Assembly (NCBI GenBank): GCA_048013815.1 | Contig: CM106586.1 | Coordinates: 15,500,001 to 15,564,000, forward strand | Direction of reading: 5' to 3' | DNA length: 64,000 bases | Source: Setoptus koraiensis | Lineage: Eukaryota; Animalia; Arthropoda | Shown: piece after piece, positions 49,770 through 62,510 of the stretch | How positions within the stretch are numbered: position 1 is the stretch's first letter | Layout of the letters: every line of letters begins with the position of its first letter | Made by a program: the position numbers and the translations under genes | Notes under the pieces: generated by a model | The model's input: the letters and a program-made list of their open reading frames with translations, nothing else | The model's database searches: none | Told to the model about the DNA's origin: nothing

Positions 49770-51980
49770 TTATTTGAGATTCTTTTCTTCCAATGTGACA
49801 TCGAGTTCTTGAGTATTCGACATAATTTGTGGACGAACTGCTGAGACATGCTTTAGCGGTAGGGCCGGATAGGGAGTTGTGATTAGTTGATTGATAACCG
49901 CTTGGTGATTTTGAAGAATTGGAGCGGGTGCCTGTGGCATTGCCGGCATCATTTGTGAGTGATACGTCTGAAACGATCGCATAGTATTTGTGGATGATCT
50001 GCGGCTCAATGTGGAAATTGGGTGATGCGAATGGTGCGTTACGTGATTTACCATATCACCCTGGAATGAACCGGCAACAGGGTCGTATAACAACGGTCTG
50101 TTGATTCTGAGACTGCGAGTGTTGTGCATATTGCCACTATTATATAGCTGAGATTGTTGCTCAATATTTAGAGGAGGTGGAGGTGGTGGTTGCTGATGGG
50201 GCGATGTTATCATTGGCATTTGCTGATTGAGATTGGTATTGGACTGGATTTGACTCGGTGGCGGAGGAAGTTGCATACGTTGCTGGTGCCTATTATTTAG
50301 AGTTTGTATATCGCCAATATGATCGGTCTCATCATAATATATGTAATTTGACTGAGGAGGTGATGTTTGGTAGTGGCCCATACTGTTATTTTGAGATTGA
50401 AATCTTACATCAGCACTTCCTGCTAAATGTGTCGTGAATTTGGGTGAATCGCGCTTTATGGATACCATGGCCAAATTCATCTCGCTTGGAGATTTTTCAG
50501 ATATGGTTGATTTTGCATCTATTTGGTCTTGATTAATCCACAGGTCAGGGGGCCGTGTCTCCCTGCGTCTACCGATGGTGGCCATTCTGTTGACAGAGGC
50601 CGTCGTTCCATATATACCATTTGCTTTCGATGCTTGTGCTTGTTGGTTTTGTTGGTTTTGCTGAATAGCGGTGGCAAGATTAGCGGCTTGCTTGTTCGAT
50701 TTCCTTGACCTGCAAGTTAAGTATGTAACTACAAAAGTTAGTGCAACAATTATAACTAATATGGCCACAACGAATAGAATTATAAGGTTAAAAGGTATTG
50801 CAGGATTGGGAATCAATGTGGCTGTCCCTGGAGCTTGATAAATTTTGGCCTCGCAAAAGGGTCCATGGCTTCTAGTGTTGCGTGCCTTGATCTTAAAAAT
50901 GTATCTATTTTCTGGAATTAAATCTTTGACGACAAAGCTAGTGACATCGGCAGAAACATCTATTTCTTTGCTCATGGTGCCGTCCTCTGCTGTATACGAA
51001 ATCGTATAGTTTCTGATTTCACCGTTCGGTGATTCTGGAGGCATCCATTGTAGTTCTACTTTGGTCGCATCTACCAACCCATTTTCAGTAATGAAAGTTT
51101 GAAGATTGAAATCACGAGGTACAGATGGTTCTCCTTCGTTTGTTTTTGTGTGAGTATCCATGCTCCAGCCAGAATCTCTATAGAAACGACCATCTAAATG
51201 GAGCAAAGTTTTCACAGCAAAACCATATTCAGTGTTTGGCTTCAATTCGTCTAGAGTTACTCTGTTCTCATTTGTTGTGTAATTTTTTTGATGAGTAGAA
51301 TTGGGTTGATTATTGATGTAATAGCGAACCGATACTGTACGCACAAAATTTGGTTGCTTAAGGTTGTTCATTTCACTACTCCAAGTTAATGTCACCGCCG
51401 TGGCTGATACAGGCTCAGCTTTGAGACCTATTGGAGATGGCAGTTTCATTTTGCTCGTGTCTATTTCTTGATCATCAGGACGCAAAGTTCTCACATAAGC
51501 GTACCTGGCAGGCCCCTCGCCAACTTCATTGCGTGCCCTCACATTTATCACATAGTCTGTATCCGGTTTTAGGTCCGTTATTATATGTTGTCGCAAATGA
51601 TTTTTGACTACGGCCATATGGTCATCAGGTGTGTGTAAACCATAGCGTACTACATAGTCTGAGATGTCTACATTTGTTGGTAGCATGTGCCATTTTAGAA
51701 GTATGGAGTTCTTTCTAGGTTTTGTTTCTAACTTTAGTAGATCTGGTGGTACTGGACCGAGATTTGGCGCATCAGCCTGATCATTGTTGGATGGTACGAT
51801 GGATTTATCGGAGATGGGCCCTAGTATTATAGAATCTGAGATGTTTTTGCTATTGTTGATGCTGCCCGATTGCACATTCATTCTAGTCGCATGCTGGTGT
51901 AAATGGCGGGCTTGGCCATGTTGGACTAGATGTATAAATAACAAAATAACAATTATCTTTTTGTGCTGCATCAGTTCCAT
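49770..51980 (-). CDS. Frazzled/neogenin/DCC-like receptor with only three FN3 domains
   Basis: Signal peptide, three FN3 repeats, TM, P1-like RPPDLWI, P2-like MRSF; no Ig domains in the ORF. Confidence 0.8.
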   Translation of the reverse strand: MELMQHKKIIVILLFIHLVQHGQARHLHQHATRMNVQSGSINNSKNISDSIILGPISDKSIVPSNNDQADAPNLGPVPPDLLKLETKPRKNSILLKWHMLPTNVDISDYVVRYGLHTPDDHMAVVKNHLRQHIITDLKPDTDYVINVRARNEVGEGPARYAYVRTLRPDDQEIDTSKMKLPSPIGLKAEPVSATAVTLTWSSEMNNLKQPNFVRTVSVRYYINNQPNSTHQKNYTTNENRVTLDELKPNTEYGFAVKTLLHLDGRFYRDSGWSMDTHTKTNEGEPSVPRDFNLQTFITENGLVDATKVELQWMPPESPNGEIRNYTISYTAEDGTMSKEIDVSADVTSFVVKDLIPENRYIFKIKARNTRSHGPFCEAKIYQAPGTATLIPNPAIPFNLIILFVVAILVIIVALTFVVTYLTCRSRKSNKQAANLATAIQQNQQNQQAQASKANGIYGTTASVNRMATIGRRRETRPPDLWINQDQIDAKSTISEKSPSEMNLAMVSIKRDSPKFTTHLAGSADVRFQSQNNSMGHYQTSPPQSNYIYYDETDHIGDIQTLNNRHQQRMQLPPPPSQIQSNTNLNQQMPMITSPHQQPPPPPPLNIEQQSQLYNSGNMHNTRSLRINRPLLYDPVAGSFQGDMVNHVTHHSHHPISTLSRRSSTNTMRSFQTYHSQMMPAMPQAPAPILQNHQAVINQLITTPYPALPLKHVSAVRPQIMSNTQELDVTLEEKNLK

Positions 51981-52744
51981 TTGGCTAATAGGAGGACGCG
52001 TGGTGATGAGATAATGTTTTTGTCATTGTTTGCAGGGTTAGGAGAGAATATCGAGAAAGGTGAATAAATGGTTGGCATTAAACTGATAAAGTTGCAAGTT
52101 GCAATAGAATATAGACGTCAAGGATGGTTTTGGCTGGTTGGACAAGTCATAAAACGGAATGGTAACTCACTTTTAGTGGGCGCGCGCGCGCTCAGTTGTG
52201 TGCGCTCTACAAAATATCGTGATAGTTGTGCACTGTGCCTAATGCTGTGTGTTGAGTTGTATCAGCTTGTTTATGCTGTGTGTGTGTGCGCTTCGTTGTT
52301 ATTGTGCGCCTGGTTTATGTGCTTCGCTGAATATTGTGTGCGCGTTTGTTGCTTATTTGTGAGTTTACACTTATACAGTGCGCGGCAGTTGCGGCAGCAG
52401 TGTGCAATTTGGTAGCAATTTGTTTTAATTTACTTGTTCTGTTTCTAATTGTTTTGTCGCTGGTGCTATTATACTGTATACTGGTGCCTCTGTTTACTGT
52501 GACACTGGCCCCGAACTGCTGGTTCCGGCCCGATCCCGTGAAACACGATCGGCGAGGGGTCGGCTCAATTTTTCGCTCGTTTCGTGCCTATTACAGTGAT
52601 AGTATTACTGGTGGCGACTGGTGTGTCGCTGTTCACTGGTTGCCGTTGTCGTGCTCGAGACTCTCGAGTCAATCAATCGGTGCTCGGACCAGACTGTGGG
52701 ACGCGGCGCGTACTGTGCGACGACACACACAAGTTGTCAGTGTT

Positions 52745-52829
52745 GGCGAGTATCGGCGAGTTTGGCGAGTTTGGCGAGTATCGGCGAGTTTGGCGAGTTT
52801 GGCGAGTATCGGCGAGTATCGGCGAGTAC
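52745..52829. repeat. Tandem array of nine GGCGAGT(ATC/TT) units
   Basis: Unit order A-B-B-A-B-B-A-A-A' (A=GGCGAGTATC, B=GGCGAGTTT). Confidence 0.95.
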
Positions 52830-53486
52830 AATTGTGGCGGCGATACAACGATTACCACTGTGCATGGGTGTCGGTGCCCGTGTGACGGCGATGAGGCTGC
52901 GATGGGGCTGGCGGCGGTCTGAATGTTGTTTCGCTGGACATTGTTGGGAGAGTGTGTCGAGAGAGCGGACGACGGCACCGGACTGCGGACTGGCTGGCTG
53001 TTGATGCTGCTGCTGGCCGACAAACACGGTCGACATTTGTTGCGATTGTTGGCCGACAAACACACCGTCGACAGTTGTTACAATTGCTGGCTAGTGCAGC
53101 GTCACTAATTGGATAATAATTAATTATTTTCACGAGTCGCACAATTGCGGAATAATTGAATAATGGTCGTCGCCTACTCTGACATTGGTGCACTGTGTCT
53201 AGCCAGCGATCGAACTTGCTGCAATGGTCGCTTGTGTCGTTCGAAATTCGAATCTTCTCCTCGTAGCGAGCGCTGTGTTTACGACTCGTAAATTACGAGT
53301 TAGTTCGACGACGGTCCCAGCTACACACAATGCGAGGGTGTTTTCAAGCAGGTTACACACACACGCACACACGCACGCACCCGACGCAAAAGTTCGATCG
53401 TCGACCCAGCGCAAGCAACGTGCGCTGTGAGTGCGCTCCACTCAGACGCTAACCAGGCCCACTGCCCCGTACAGCACAAGCGCGCT

Positions 53487-53538
53487 GTAACAGTGCTAAT
53501 GGTAACAGTGCTGATGGTAACAGTGCCGTTGGTAACAG
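53487..53538. repeat. Four GTAACAG units with 15-bp period
   Basis: Starts at 53487, 53502, 53517, 53532. Confidence 0.85.
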
Positions 53539-56157
53539 CGCCAGTGTGCGGCACGGAGTGAACCATTAGTTCGCAAAACGAACTTACTCGCCGCCGATAT
53601 GACTCACTGCTGCACAGTGCAGTCGGCCGCCGCCGCCGCCGCACTGTAACCATGCGTGTGTGTAATATAGCCGCTCGCAGTGCGAACGCCAGAGAAGTTC
53701 TCTCTGAGAGAACGTTCTGTTTTCTATTGCCATTGCAGCGATATTTACCGACTGCGTGAGCGAAATGGCGCTCCGACGACCACGGTCTGGTATTTATCAC
53801 ACAATAACACACACTGTGCGCCGTCTACCGCAGCACGCCAGTAACTAGTGCTCATGGCTTCACAAGAAGCCAGCGCTGGGCCCAGCGCTAATGTCACGTG
53901 CTCTCTCGGGGGCACTGCTTGGCACCGACATGGCGGTGCGAGCAGAACTTGTGCTGCAGTCTGCAGAAGCGAGAGCGGATCCAATAACAACCTGGCTTGA
54001 GCACCAATTATCCAGGCGACGGACCACGCAGCCAGCGACCCTGCACTGCATGCCATACAGCGGCTGAGCGACTAATGCGAGTAATGTGCGCCACCAGACT
54101 TGTGACTAGACCCTGTCAGACAAGTTCGAAATTCGAATGGGCGCGGATATGGGCCGCATAGTGCGCAGTGCAGTGCATAGTGTATGCAGCATAGGGAACA
54201 CGTGAACACTTTCGATTCGCCCCAGTGTGCTGGTCGTTCGCTAGCTGGCGCCGTCGTTGCGGCTGGCACCAGAAAATTGTCGTCTCGCGCTCTCTGGTCG
54301 TCTCTCACTCTCTGGTCGTCTCTCGCTGTCTGGCCGTCGCCAGACTGACGCCGACACACGAAATGCACCATATATGCAATATATGCACTACATATGCAAT
54401 ATGTACCGTGTGTAATATTACGAAATGCACACACAATCCGCACCGACGCCATCGCTGTTGGGGCCCGTCGCTGCCGGACACAGCCTGGTGCAGCAGTGAA
54501 CCAGTGGTGCTGCACCACTGGTGCACGTAAGCTTGAGCACAGTTACGCGCACACGACGCGACGTGTAAACGACCATTATGGTTGGCCACGTTCGGCGCGC
54601 ACAGGAAACACCAGCGCACCGATGACCAGCCAGAGAATAGATCCATTTGAATGAATCGGTGATGTACCGACGCAATGGCGAAACGGACGCACACACACAC
54701 ACATAATGGCATTATGATAATGCACGCCAGTGCAACAACGGTGATGACGCTGCGATGATGAGTCACAGACGCGCTCAAACTCAACGTGAGCTACTCAAGA
54801 GGGCGCCATCTTTGCGCCATCTATTTGCGCAATGAGCGCGCTCCCACATTGAACGAATACAGTTGCGTGACCGCCTCACAGAGGGCGCACTCGGGCCCGA
54901 ATTCGAGGCCTCCGTATCCGATACGGCGTATCGAGGCGCACAATTTAATTGTTTCGGGCCAAAACATTTTTCTCCGTCACTCTGTCACAGTTAGTTGTCG
55001 ACACTCTGTCCGCATCACGCGGGCCAGCGAGTCGACAACTAACTAAATTCAGTTGGTTTATTGGCTAACATTCAAAAGTCGCCAGAGTCGGGGGCGCCGA
55101 GGCGTTCTCAGCTCTGCGAGCTCGTTAGTCGGCGGGGCTCGGCAGTTCGCGGATCTCGGCGGTCCGGCTGATCGCTGAGCGCGGGTTGCTTGGTTTTGGT
55201 TGTGAGACCAAAACCAACCGTGAGACGCCGGGAATCGCAATGAGCAACCGTGCCGACTGGCGCTTCGGCGAGTCTCGCGCCTTCTGCACGCTGGCGGGCT
55301 GTTTAAGTCGAGCTGGAGGACCCTCGCTGGTGCTGGGTTGGCTCTGCGAACCGCGAATCGCCACTGCAAAACCGAACAACTTGTCATGTCCAACCGACTT
55401 GCGAGTTGCGAGTTGCAACAGGCAACAGTCGCAGAGCAAGAGCCGCCTGTTTGGCGGATTGCCTATTGAAACGGCGACAAAGTTTGTCGGACAAACCGTT
55501 TCGATAGGCACACGAGGCTCACCGGTAACCAGTGACTGGTTAGCACGTCGCGGAGCCCGGGGTAGGCAGCCAGCGCCGAGGGCACAACCAAAACTAATGA
55601 GCGGCAACAACGCGATAGATGAGAAGTGTGCGAGATTAACAACAACGGCAGCAAAAAAGAGAGATGACATGTCACCATGAGAGTTATGCAAATCTCCCCT
55701 ATCATGCCCTTGCTGGGCCATTATTTCTAGTTATCGTTGTTCGTGTTGCCTCAAATATCACCCCGAGTCTCAGAGTGTCTGACAGTGTCTGCACTCTTAC
55801 TTGGCGATTACCCGGCCATGTTTGCTCAAGTTGCCCTGCAAGTTGCGGCCCTACTTGTCGCTTCGACGCTGACGGAGCCGGCGCGCATTTCGGCCGGTGG
55901 CACCCCTGGCGTCACCGCTGGCAACACAGGTAAATCGCTGTCTGGTCGCGTTCGGTGCCGTTCGAAATTCGAATCGGTTCGGTGCCGCTGGGCTTTGTTT
56001 GGTTTGGCGGTGCTGGCATCGGGCAGCGACGCAACGAACAAAAACGACGGTGACACAATGAGCAGCACGTGCATTCTTATCGGTGCTCTACAAGTGGTTG
56101 CAGCGGCTCCCGTTTCTCAACACTCCGGTCACCGTCACGACACAATGCGCACTCACA

Positions 56158-56260
56158 CAGGTAATGGGAGCAGCAGCGGCAGCACAGGTAATGCAGGCAG
56201 CACCGCGGGCACACAGGTAATGGGAGCAACAGCAGCACAGGTAATGGGAGCAACAGGTAA
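56158..56260 (+). repeat. Cluster of five CAGGTAA motifs
   Basis: At 56158, 56185, 56214, 56238, 56254. Confidence 0.9.
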
Positions 56261-59200
56261 CTGCAGTCAGCGCGGGCACAATGACCGGCCATGATCCATT
56301 GCTGTTGTCGGGCGTCGTTAATGGTTGCTCGTTGCCGATCGGCCTGCATTATCGCCTGTTCGTTAGCGCATCTGATCATGGTTATCGTTGGCATTATTCG
56401 CATTATTATTATTATTATTCGCAGTAGTATTATTGGCAGTAGTATTATTGGCAGTGGTGGCTGCCGGTGAATGTCGCTTTCTTGCAAGTTGCACGAGCCA
56501 ACGTGCACTACTTGCAGCCCATTTGCTTGCACCACTTGAACCGTGCACCGTGTTGGCGCTTGCATCACAAATCTGATGCAAGAAAGAGAGTTGGTCGATT
56601 TGTTGTTTGTCGCGTTTATTCTCAGCGATTCGCTGACATCGCTGCTACCGTCATGATGCACCGACGTGCCGTCATCATAATGCACCGACGTGCTCTGTAC
56701 AAGGACATGATGCAATTTGACGCAACAAGCAGCAGTGGAAGCAGACAGACAGGCAGGCAGGCAAGAAGAAAAAGAATAAGTGGGGACAATTCTTTCGAGC
56801 ACACAATGGATCTGATTAGCGAAGCGTACAAGCCGACGTCGCGTTTCTTCGCGTCTGGCCCCACAATGTCAGCGATGATATCGATCAGCGGCCAGCTACC
56901 GAATGCGCAACAACAAATTGTTCTGGTGCCAATCGAATGGATCTGCTCAATACCACCAGCGCGATGCACCGATAGCAGAGTGGCATGCACCAGAGATTGG
57001 GGCCCGCCACCAGTTGCTTCTCGTCATTCGCATAGCTCCGTCCCTTTCCTCAGGAAAGTTTCCTGTGTTCTGGTGGCGACCAGAACGCAGCGCTCTTGCT
57101 TTGCGACCCAGTACGCAACATCTAGATTTATATTAGCTGCTAGTGGTCGTTATGATTGCCGGCCCGGCCCGGCCGTCATTATTATTATTATCATTATGAC
57201 GAGTCAATGGAACTATGTCAATGATTGTCACCGGCGACAGTCCATCCGCTGGCCTGTCCGACATTGGCCTGTCCGACATTGGCCGGCCGTGCTCAACTAA
57301 TGACGCTCGTCGTCGTGACCGCCGTCATCCACTGGCCATCAAACCCAAGATGGAACCTGATGCAAAGCCGAAACGTTTGCATCAGCAGCGCGACAAGCTT
57401 CGGCCATCAAACTGGCTGTTTGCCTCACTGCCAGGCTTAACGTTGAGCCCTGACGGTTGAGGCCGTCAAAAGAGATAAAAAGAAAGTTGTCAGCCGAGAA
57501 GCTTTGCGATTGGCTGGCGCAATTGGCCAAACGCTCAATTTTGAATATAAAATTTAAAATTATATTACGCGACAGCTTTGACGAGGCTCACTGGACGTTG
57601 CCGGTGGCCACTGGCCACTGTCCACCATCAACTGTGCACCGATGACCGTTCACTACCGACTGTCCAGTATCGACAGTCCGCTGGCCGGCCGACGGGCGAG
57701 CAATAGATTAGATTGAACAGTTTGGGCCCGGTTTGATCGAAGCGAACCGAGAAGCGAACTTGCGAGATTCCTCCACGTGGAATATATTAATGGCATTCGA
57801 TTATTTGAATGATGCAAGCGAGCAAGCAATTTGTTTTTTTTTTCTCTTTGTCGCTTCTTCGTCACCATTGTGCTTCTTTTTCGCCTTAGTTGGTCGCCTT
57901 TTATCTCTTTTTTCTTGCATATACACACAACATTGTAAAATTTATAGTGACCATTGCATTTGCGCGCTTCATTTAACTGTCGGACACCATTGTCAGTGGT
58001 CAGCGGCGGTTATGCATTTTGACGCGCTTGACCACCGACGGTAATTCTGCAACAACAGAGCAAAAGATAAGAAGAATTTCCTTTCACTGGGGCTCTTGAG
58101 AGTTGAGTTGGCCGTCGCTGTCGGTTGCATTATCAGTTGAGTTAGCGGCCAGGCTATCGGGGGGCCGACCAATGGAGCCGGCGAACCACCAACAAACAAT
58201 CTCTCGCTGCAGAGCGTGCAAAGAGGCGCGTAGTGGCCAACACGTAGTTGCATTGTCACCTAACTAATTCGAATAGGCAGTGGCGGCAGTTCTTGACCTA
58301 TCGCCACACCAATGGTCACTGTCAATATAATTCGAGTGTTTGAGTGTTGTAATTTAATTTGTTGTTCCATCGAACTCGACGCACACACACTCGCACGATT
58401 CGAAATAGAATGGTCACTTTCTTTTATCCGCTCTTTCGGCGTGGAGCGGAGCTGCCAATAGTGACACTTTTGCCATTCCATACGCCATTCGCTAACCGGA
58501 CCATTCTCTTATGGGCCATTCTCTGGCCCGCTCCGCTGGCAACAGAGCAAAACTTTTTGATTGGCTCGATCGGCACCACTCAGACGTGACCACCAATGGA
58601 TGACAATGGATAATCTGCCACCACCACGGACCAGACAACTGACCGGGCCCGTGTTTGCGCGTTTGCATGCTCGCATGCCTGCCTGTTTGCTTGTTCGCAA
58701 TTCGCTTCTTTGCGACACTTGCAATTGTGGTTCACGTCATTAGTGAGGCCCGTCGGGGCTTCGATGATTCGATGATTCGATAATTGTCCGGCGCGACGTT
58801 CTCTCCATGATTGGCAGCTCCGTGGCGCGCTTCTCATGGCACAAAACTTTTGTGGCAAAAGTTGAGTGACTGCTCTCTGGGTGCAAACTGTCCACTCTGG
58901 ACGGATCCACTTTGTATCAGAGTGGACAATTTGCGCCCAATGTTTGTGTCCATCAATGAGCGGTGCGCTCCACTAGCTCCTCGCCGGTCAATGTCGACAC
59001 TCATTAGTAATGAGGCCCCATTTTGCATAACTCGAGCGCCACTTCAATTGCGCCGTTTTGCCAGCCACGGCCGATGGGCGACCAGTGTTACCTGTTGAAT
59101 GTGGAGATTATCGTTTGTTGTTTTTTTCGTTGCATTTATAAACTCACATAGTTCATCTCGGATGGGACCAGTTCAGCATCGCGACAGACACTTAAGTCCC

Positions 59201-60240
59201 TAGTTGTTCAGTTGGCCCGATTGGGAGCCAACTCCAAATCGGGCACAGTGTGGCCGAGAGAAATGAACAAGCTGCGTGCAAACTGTCGTTCAGAACTTGC
59301 GAATCAAAGGTGAGTGCCGGATTTCGCAAACTGAGGGGCACAATGGCCATCGAACTGGCGCTTCTTTTTTGAGATTGAGAGAGCGAGGCCCGCACGAGAA
59401 ATGAAATCGTTTAAAGTGTCATAATGATGATTTATAATTTGTTTTGGCACACACTTAAGGCAGCGCCATTCTTCCACTAATGGTATTTGCATGACACCAA
59501 CTCGGTATTGAGACTCTCAATTTGAGAGGTCGCCGAATGACCAAACTGCTCTGGCCACTTGGGCCGCCCGTTTGTATGTGTGAACCGATATTTGCAAGTG
59601 ACACTCTCAAATATCGCAAACTCTCTGCAAAGACACCTCTCCTATGGCGACAATTTGGCGTCAGCTCGACAATTTGCCAGCAGCAGCAATTTGCGCGATG
59701 CTGCCACTGGGCAATAATGCGACAATAGAATACAAATAATAGTATTGATGATGCCCGTAATAATGAATGGGCGCTCATTTGAATATGAGTATCATTTGAA
59801 TATGAGTGTCGTCTGAACATGAGTAGTGGGAGTCGATGTGGCAGCACTCTTGTCATGATAGAAGCGCTATTATACGGATCGGAACAGCGACTATCGACTG
59901 TCGGCCTGGCAGTATCAGGTCGCTGGGCAGCTCACCTTTGGCGACGGGTCAACTCGTTGAGGCGAAACTTGTCGAGTGCTTGTTCGGTTTGTTTCTGGTG
60001 TCGCGCACTGGTCGAGATTGCTGCCCGGTAATGAGCTCACCGTTGACAATTGTTACAATGGCACCAGAATTGAATAGGAAATCTTTTCACGAAACAAGAT
60101 TAATGGTTTTGGGATTTGTCGCCTGCAATCAAAGAAGCATTAAGATTTGCAGCGCTTCCAGTCTGAATGCGCCGGGGCCCCGTTCGTAGCGTTCGTAACT
60201 TCGTAGCGACAAACGGGCTTGGGCGCTGGCCGACGACATT

Positions 60241-60297
60241 CGCAACGCCGGCGATACTCGCAACGCCGGCGATACTCGCAATGCTGACGATACTCGC
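60241..60297. repeat. Three 18-bp units containing CGATACTCGC
   Basis: CGCAACGCCGGCGATACT x2 plus CGCAATGCTGACGATACT. Confidence 0.9.
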
Positions 60298-62399
60298 GAG
60301 CAAAACACTGCTTCGGTCAAGGTTGCTCGTGTCGTGTCGTGTTGTGACTCGCGACTCGCGCTCAAACAGGCCAGGCTAGCCAAACTGCGGAGCCGAGCAT
60401 CGTTTCGGAGCCTCCAAAGCGGAGGGGCTCCCTTCGCTGTCGGACACTGGCCGCTGTTGAGCCGCTTTGGTGGCGACGGCCAAAATTGAGCGCGCCACCA
60501 GGATAACCCAGGCTAATCTAGAGCTCGCTTGTGCCGGGCAAGCACCATGCGACGGGCACGTGAATCAGCCGGTCTGGCAATCGCCAAAGTCGGACCAACA
60601 ACCATAAGCCGCTGGCTCGGTCCCCGTGGCTTCTGGTGGCCCATTTGCATACGATTTGTGCAAAAACGCCAACACAAATCAGCACACTGTTGGAATAGGG
60701 AGCACCCAGAGTGAGCCGAATCGGGATCGGTGCGCCCGACAATGATGAACACGGACACACAAGCTATTTGCGTCAGACAAAACAACAAAGATTAGGTGAT
60801 TGTTGCACGAGCAGCGTCGCAACAATGGCACGGCACCACGATGCAGCGATGATTAGCATAATGATGCCATTAACACCTCACTAGAGCCACTGTTCTATTT
60901 ATACCCCGCGTAAGCGTGCTCTGGCGCGCATCCTCTGAATGTTTCAGGCTGAAACCTGTATCGGTTATGGGCCGGTTTTGCGCCCAATGCGGGGCGCCTC
61001 TGAGCCAGTTCGGCCACTGGCCGGCCTGCCAATATCCAGTCGGCGACCGTGAGCATCGGCATCGGGCAGCGAGACAGCCGAGGGCCCACAGAAACGCTCG
61101 ATTGGCGCCGATTGGCTGCAAGCCAGCGAGCGGCTTTGTTGTTGTGCGCGCACAAACTGACCAATGACCCGTGACCCGTGACTGGTGAGTCAATGAATTT
61201 CGGATCGCCATTCTGCTTCTTGTTTCACCATTTAGGTGTTGATTGTTGTTGTGCGTGCCTGGCCCGCATCGCCAGTCAGACCCAGTGGCACCCAGTGGCA
61301 CCCAGCGGCACCCGACGCATTAGTTTGGTTGGCGTACTTGTTGCTGTTCAGCGCCATTGTGACAATATGATATTGTGCATAAATAAATGGATAGATTTGC
61401 AAATATTCATTCCATATTCGACAGTGTTCGGTGCGTGAATTTCGCTTTTTTGCACGCTTTGTGCTCTTGCTGTCCGCCTACGATAATTCTTTTAAACACT
61501 CACAACAACTACCACCGGCACGCCGGCGCAACCAAGATCGAAGCGAAGCGACCGACAGAAGCCAAAACTGGTGGGCGAGTTGTGTGTCGAATTGCATTAA
61601 TGCAACAGCGACATCATTGGGCAAAGTGGGCCAGTGGCCAAGTCAAGCGTAACTGGCGGCGCGCTGCTGTTATCACTAATAACTCACAATCCATTATCGG
61701 ATTCGCAAGTTCCAAATTGGAACGGCGGCAAACACTGGCGGTGTGCCGTTGTCTGTATAATTTATCCTCATTCCATGTTCTGGCGATTTTTTCTCCTTTT
61801 TCTTCTCATTGCTTCTTGTCGTCATCGGCCGAGATTTTCGTCAGTTTGTTTGCTCAGCTCTCCAACCGTTACGGGCGCTTCCTTTGGCGACTGTCCGGGC
61901 CCCTGGCCTCTGCAACAGCGACACGGGCAGTCGCTGTTGCCATCTAAAATAGTGTTGGCCATATGCAGTAATATTGTTGGCTCGTCAGTTGAGCCGGCCA
62001 GCGGTGACATAGCTGACAGTTTGTCCTGCGCTGCTCTGCACGATTCACCTGTTGGGCCCAAAAGAATTGTTGTTCACCGGAGCCTACTTGCGCCCTGTGA
62101 CACAGCGCTGGCTGCTGTGCAAACAGAGGAGATTCGTGCGGATATTTTTGCAACTCGTGATTGGTGCCGTCGATTCGACGGGCCCAACGGCGACCGGTTC
62201 AGCGGTCATCATGATGCACTGTCCGACAGTGACCAGCGCGCAGTGTTGCCAACGCCCGTTCGAACCGGGTCGCCGAAAGGAACAATCAGGCGACGGAATG
62301 GGAGCGGACGATCGAGTCGTTGGCTTGTTGCTTGGGCGACACACAGACAAACAAAGGAAGCACGTTAATCGATCCCATTGATCCGTCCTCATTCGCGTT

Positions 62400-62510
62400 C
62401 GCGGGCACAGCAACAACGACAGCGACAACGATAGCAGCAACAACGACAGCGACAGCGACAACGACAGCAACAACGACAGCGACAACGACGGCAGCGGCAA
62501 CAACGGCGCT
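62400..62510. repeat. Degenerate (RCAACG/RCAGCG)n low-complexity tract
   Basis: Directly visible. Confidence 0.85.

Noticed and set aside
52745-52829. CRISPR-like appearance of short repeat arrays
   Set aside because: No unique spacers, eukaryotic context and no cas genes.
54103-54110. TGACTAGA (miR-279 family 5' end)
   Set aside because: The rest does not match the mature miRNA and no complementary arm is visible; no other conserved arthropod miRNA was recognised.
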